From contig JAJCZL010000038.1 in NCBI GenBank assembly GCA_029262415.1, positions 6,137 through 70,136 on the forward strand: a stretch of 64,000 nt of DNA, read 5' to 3'. Source of the DNA: Deltaproteobacteria bacterium (GTDB taxonomy: Bacteria > Desulfobacterota > Binatia > UBA1149 > JAJCZL01). How positions within the stretch are numbered: the stretch's first letter is position 1; the number at the start of each line of letters is the position of its first letter. The notes beneath the pieces are model-generated. The model did not search any database. It saw only the letters and a program-made list of their open reading frames with translations, and was not told the DNA's origin. Both the position numbers and the translations under genes were made by a program. This document shows, one piece after another, positions 61,074 through 64,000 of this stretch.

Positions 61074-64000
61074 GTGCCCGATCCTCTCGACGCGTGGTTG
61101 TCAGTCTTTCCCGTCGCACTTGGTGAAACGGCCCGAGAAGCGCTCGCCGCTTCGCCCGATCCCTCCTCTGCCGTCGCCGGACTCGGGCGGCTCGTCGCCG
61201 AAGCTCCGTCCGAGAGCTTCGGCTCCCTGTCTCCAGCCGATATAGCACGTTTGTCCGTGCTGCTCGGGTCCGGGCCCGCGCCGGTGCGCTCGTTGGTGAG
61301 AGCAGGGCGCGATTGGCCGGAGCTGTTCGCGTACACAAGAGAGAAGAATCCAGGCAGGGATGGGCTGAGAAAGGTTTTCGCGCTGCATACGGCCGAGGCC
61401 GGCGAGGGACTCAAGCGCGATCTTCGCCGCATGGCCGACCGGGAGTTGTTTCGTATCGGTGCGCGCGACCTCTACGGAGAGGCCACGCTCGCGGAAACCC
61501 TGGACGCGGTTACTGCGCTTGCCGATGTTGCGATCGCGACCGCTGTTGAGGTCGAACGCGCAGCCTTGGCGGCGGGCCAGGGGGGCGGACCGGTCAAGCC
61601 CGATGGTGAACCGGTCGGATTCGTCGTTATGGGACTTGGCAAGCTGGGCGGCGGCGAGTTGAACTACAGCTCGGACGTGGATCTGGTTTACATGTACGAA
61701 ACCGATCACGTGGCAGACGGTTCTCCGACCCCGCGCGAGTTCTTCAGCAAGCTGTCGGGCAGTATTACCGCAGCAGTCGGCGAGGCTACGGCTGACGGCT
61801 TGGTGTTCCGTGTCGATCTGCGTCTGCGCCCCGAAGGGTTGAACGGACCGTTGGTCAACTCGGTCGAGAATGCGCTTCGCTACTACGAAGGCTGGGGTGA
61901 TACCTGGGAACGCGGCGCACTGATGAAGTCACGACCGGTTGGTGGCGACACGACGGTCGGCGATACGTTCGTGAACGGAGTCGAACCATTCATCTACCGC
62001 CGCCACCTCGACTTCATGACCGTTGAAGACTTACGCTTGATGAAAGCGAAAATCGACGCGGAGCAAGAGGTGCGCGCAGCCGGAAAGCGCGACGTCAAAA
62101 TCGGTCGCGGCGGAATCCGCGAAATTGAGTTCGTCGTGCAGGCGCTTCAGCTGATCCACGGCGGCCACGTGCCCGAAGTGCGGTGCCTCGGCACCAGGGA
62201 AGGCTTGCGGCGGCTGGTGGAGCGCGAACTCATCGCCGCGTCGGACGCCGAGGTTCTCTCGGTTGCCTATGAGTTCTTGCGCAATACCGAGCACGCCATC
62301 CAGGTCGAATCGCGGCGCCAGACCCAGGCACTTCCCTCCGACTTTGCAGCCTTGCGTGCGATGGCGAGGCGCCTCGGCTACGGCCGCGGCGCACGCGGCC
62401 GCTGCGCGACCGGCGATGCGGTTGCGGCGTTCGAGGCCGATTGGGGGCGGATTACCGACTCAGTCCACAGTGTGTTCTTGAAGTTCATGGAACTGCGTCC
62501 TGGGGATGTCGGTCACGAGCCCGACCGCGAAGAGGCGTTGGCGGCGGCGATCCTCGAAGCGATCGAGCGAGACGACAAAGAAGCGGCGTTGCCTGCCCTC
62601 GAGGCGCTCGGTTTTTCCGACGGTGAGAGTGCCGCCGCAACGCTTGTCCGGATCTACCGCGGACGTTTTCGTGGTCCGGCGAGCCCACAGCGGCGGCGCG
62701 CTGTGCGCAGCATGGCTCCGTCATTGTTGCGCGCGGTATGTTCTTCCTCCGACCCCGAAGCGGCGCTCGAGCGGCTTGTCGAGTTTCTGATCCGCACCGG
62801 CGCGCATACGAGCTACCTCGCTTTGCTTAGCGGGTCTCCGGCCACGATGCAGTTGTTGGTCGGACTGTTTGCCTCCAGCCCGTATCTAGCCGCCAAATTG
62901 GCAGGGCGGCCTGAGCTTATTGACTCCTTGGTGCGTTCCGACGCAGCACACCCGCAGCGCAGCCGAGACGAGTTGTGCGCCGCGCTCGACGAACAGCGTA
63001 GCGGCGAAGACGAAGAAGCGGTACTGTCCGCGCTGCGTAGGTTCCGAACGGCAGAACTGGTGCGCATTGGAATGGGTGATCTTTCCGGAACGCTTGCGCC
63101 GGCCGAGGTCCATGAGCAACTCACACTCCTGGCCGAGGTGTGTTTGGAAGAGGCTGCGCGTGCCGCCCGCCGGATGGTAGCGGAGAAAACGCCCGAGGGT
63201 TGGGACGGCCTCGAGCTGGCCGTCGTCGGGATGGGCAAGTTGGGGGCAGGGGAGATGACCTACGGCTCCGACATGGACCTGATCTTCGTCTACGACACGC
63301 CGGGGAGATCATTTGACGCAGAGACCCACGCTCTGGCTGCACGCTGGGTTCAAAAGATCATCGGTGTGTTGCAGACCCGCACCAACGATGGGGTGGCATA
63401 TGCTGTTGATGCCCGACTGCGGCCTTCGGGAAACAGCGGCCCGTTGGTAACGTTCTTGGGACGCTTCGTCGAGTACCACCAAAAGGAAGCCGACTTATGG
63501 GAGCGCCAAGCGCAGATTCGCTCACGCGTGGTGTTCGGCCCCGCCGATTTGAAGGACAAGATCGAAGAGATCGTCGCCGCAAGCGTGTATGCCGGCGGTC
63601 TCGACGATGCCGGCATGCGAGAGATTGCCACGATGCGCGCGCGGGTCGAGGACGAACTCGCCGACGAAAGCGCCCAACGGGTCAACATCAAGACCGGCCG
63701 CGGCGGGATAGTCGATGTTGAGTTCATGATGCAGGCGCTTCAATTGCGTCATGGCAACGCGATCCCTGCGCTACGCACGCGATCTACGGCGCGCGCAATC
63801 GAGGCGGCAGGTGAGGCCGGAGTGTTCGATCGCGATACCGCCGAACGATTGGTAGGCCACTACACGTTCCTGCGGCGTCTGGAAGCGCGGATGAGACTCG
63901 AACGCGACCGTCCGGTCGAACAGATGGGCACCGATCCGCAGGCCTTGGTACCGTTGGCGAAGCGTATGGGATTTGCAGGTGAGGGTGCGGGGGGCGATTT
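61074..64000 (+). CDS. glnE: Bifunctional glutamine synthetase adenylyltransferase / adenylyl-removing enzyme. The 3' end runs off the window. Start GTG 61074, or alternatively GTG 61002.
   Basis: My translation shows two nucleotidyltransferase cores (VVMGLGKLGGGELNYSSDVDLVYMY and VVGMGKLGAGEMTYGSDMDLIFVY) and two GRGGIREIEF / GRGGIVDVEF motifs. Absent from the supplied track because there is no in-window stop. Confidence 0.85.
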   Translation, partial: MPDPLDAWLSVFPVALGETAREALAASPDPSSAVAGLGRLVAEAPSESFGSLSPADIARLSVLLGSGPAPVRSLVRAGRDWPELFAYTREKNPGRDGLRKVFALHTAEAGEGLKRDLRRMADRELFRIGARDLYGEATLAETLDAVTALADVAIATAVEVERAALAAGQGGGPVKPDGEPVGFVVMGLGKLGGGELNYSSDVDLVYMYETDHVADGSPTPREFFSKLSGSITAAVGEATADGLVFRVDLRLRPEGLNGPLVNSVENALRYYEGWGDTWERGALMKSRPVGGDTTVGDTFVNGVEPFIYRRHLDFMTVEDLRLMKAKIDAEQEVRAAGKRDVKIGRGGIREIEFVVQALQLIHGGHVPEVRCLGTREGLRRLVERELIAASDAEVLSVAYEFLRNTEHAIQVESRRQTQALPSDFAALRAMARRLGYGRGARGRCATGDAVAAFEADWGRITDSVHSVFLKFMELRPGDVGHEPDREEALAAAILEAIERDDKEAALPALEALGFSDGESAAATLVRIYRGRFRGPASPQRRRAVRSMAPSLLRAVCSSSDPEAALERLVEFLIRTGAHTSYLALLSGSPATMQLLVGLFASSPYLAAKLAGRPELIDSLVRSDAAHPQRSRDELCAALDEQRSGEDEEAVLSALRRFRTAELVRIGMGDLSGTLAPAEVHEQLTLLAEVCLEEAARAARRMVAEKTPEGWDGLELAVVGMGKLGAGEMTYGSDMDLIFVYDTPGRSFDAETHALAARWVQKIIGVLQTRTNDGVAYAVDARLRPSGNSGPLVTFLGRFVEYHQKEADLWERQAQIRSRVVFGPADLKDKIEEIVAASVYAGGLDDAGMREIATMRARVEDELADESAQRVNIKTGRGGIVDVEFMMQALQLRHGNAIPALRTRSTARAIEAAGEAGVFDRDTAERLVGHYTFLRRLEARMRLERDRPVEQMGTDPQALVPLAKRMGFAGEGAGGD

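Noticed and set aside
62263-62481. 72-aa ORF in a different frame within glnE
   Set aside because: It lies inside the continuous GlnE reading frame (frame of GTG 61074). I initially suspected a frameshift, then re-read the line break at 62100/62101 and confirmed that glnE is uninterrupted.
1-64000. CRISPR arrays, rRNA, tRNA, IS elements
   Set aside because: I scanned the few non-coding gaps (for example 12125-12356, 14511-15074, 47398-47469, 60483-60692). I found no repeat-spacer periodicity, no tRNA T-arm (GGTTCGAATCC-like) signatures, and no transposase-like ORFs.

Overview
This window is a high-GC stretch of bacterial chromosome with strong GC3 codon bias, densely packed with core-metabolism and housekeeping genes. 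About 57 protein-coding genes are supportable. I recognised no rRNA, tRNA, CRISPR array, IS element or prophage. The one tyrosine recombinase sits in the conserved xerC-hslV-hslU context and looks like XerC, not a phage integrase. The gene content (standalone trmFO, a DUF4911-like small protein, the Myxococcus-type cysteine-rich repeat, a HisKA protein without an ATPase domain, tatA/tatC, ptsP, glnE) points to a deltaproteobacterial or myxobacteria-like genome, but I cannot confirm the taxon without a database search.

The landmarks are as follows.
- A long co-directional minus-strand biosynthetic supercluster, argB-argD-argF-argG-argH, lysA-dapF-dapA-dapB, folK and a short transaldolase, lies immediately downstream of hslVU and xerC.
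- A candidate lipid-remodelling operon (SDR epimerase, lysophospholipid acyltransferase, patatin-like phospholipase) sits with a divergent ADP-ribosylglycohydrolase.
- An acyl-CoA metabolism block holds a carboxyltransferase beta subunit, an aldehyde dehydrogenase, a 3-hydroxyacyl-CoA dehydrogenase, a crotonyl-CoA reductase (Ccr)-like medium-chain dehydrogenase/reductase (MDR) enzyme and a crotonase.
- Further along are tatA/tatC, PBP1A, ptsP (GAF plus PTS enzyme I), an RND efflux pump with its periplasmic adaptor (membrane fusion protein, MFP), comM, trpG/pabA, dprA-topA-trmFO, two HU paralogues and the 5' part of glnE.

The most unusual observations are these.
- argH runs in frame, with no stop codon, into a downstream lipoprotein-like module that carries its own internal signal peptide.
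- A 717-aa secreted cysteine-rich repeat protein has its own GNRA-tetraloop terminator and a 564-bp upstream non-coding region.
- A PAS-HisKA-REC protein lacks any ATPase catalytic domain. It sits in an operon with a PduO-type cobalamin adenosyltransferase and a metallo-beta-lactamase-fold hydrolase.
- Small Cys-rich zinc-ribbon genes are overlapping or translationally coupled to their neighbours.
- A 20-bp perfect direct repeat overlaps the transaldolase stop codon.
- A lower-GC, atypical-codon patch lies between trpG and dprA.

All functional calls come from by-eye motif recognition on the supplied ORF translations and should be confirmed by profile searches.
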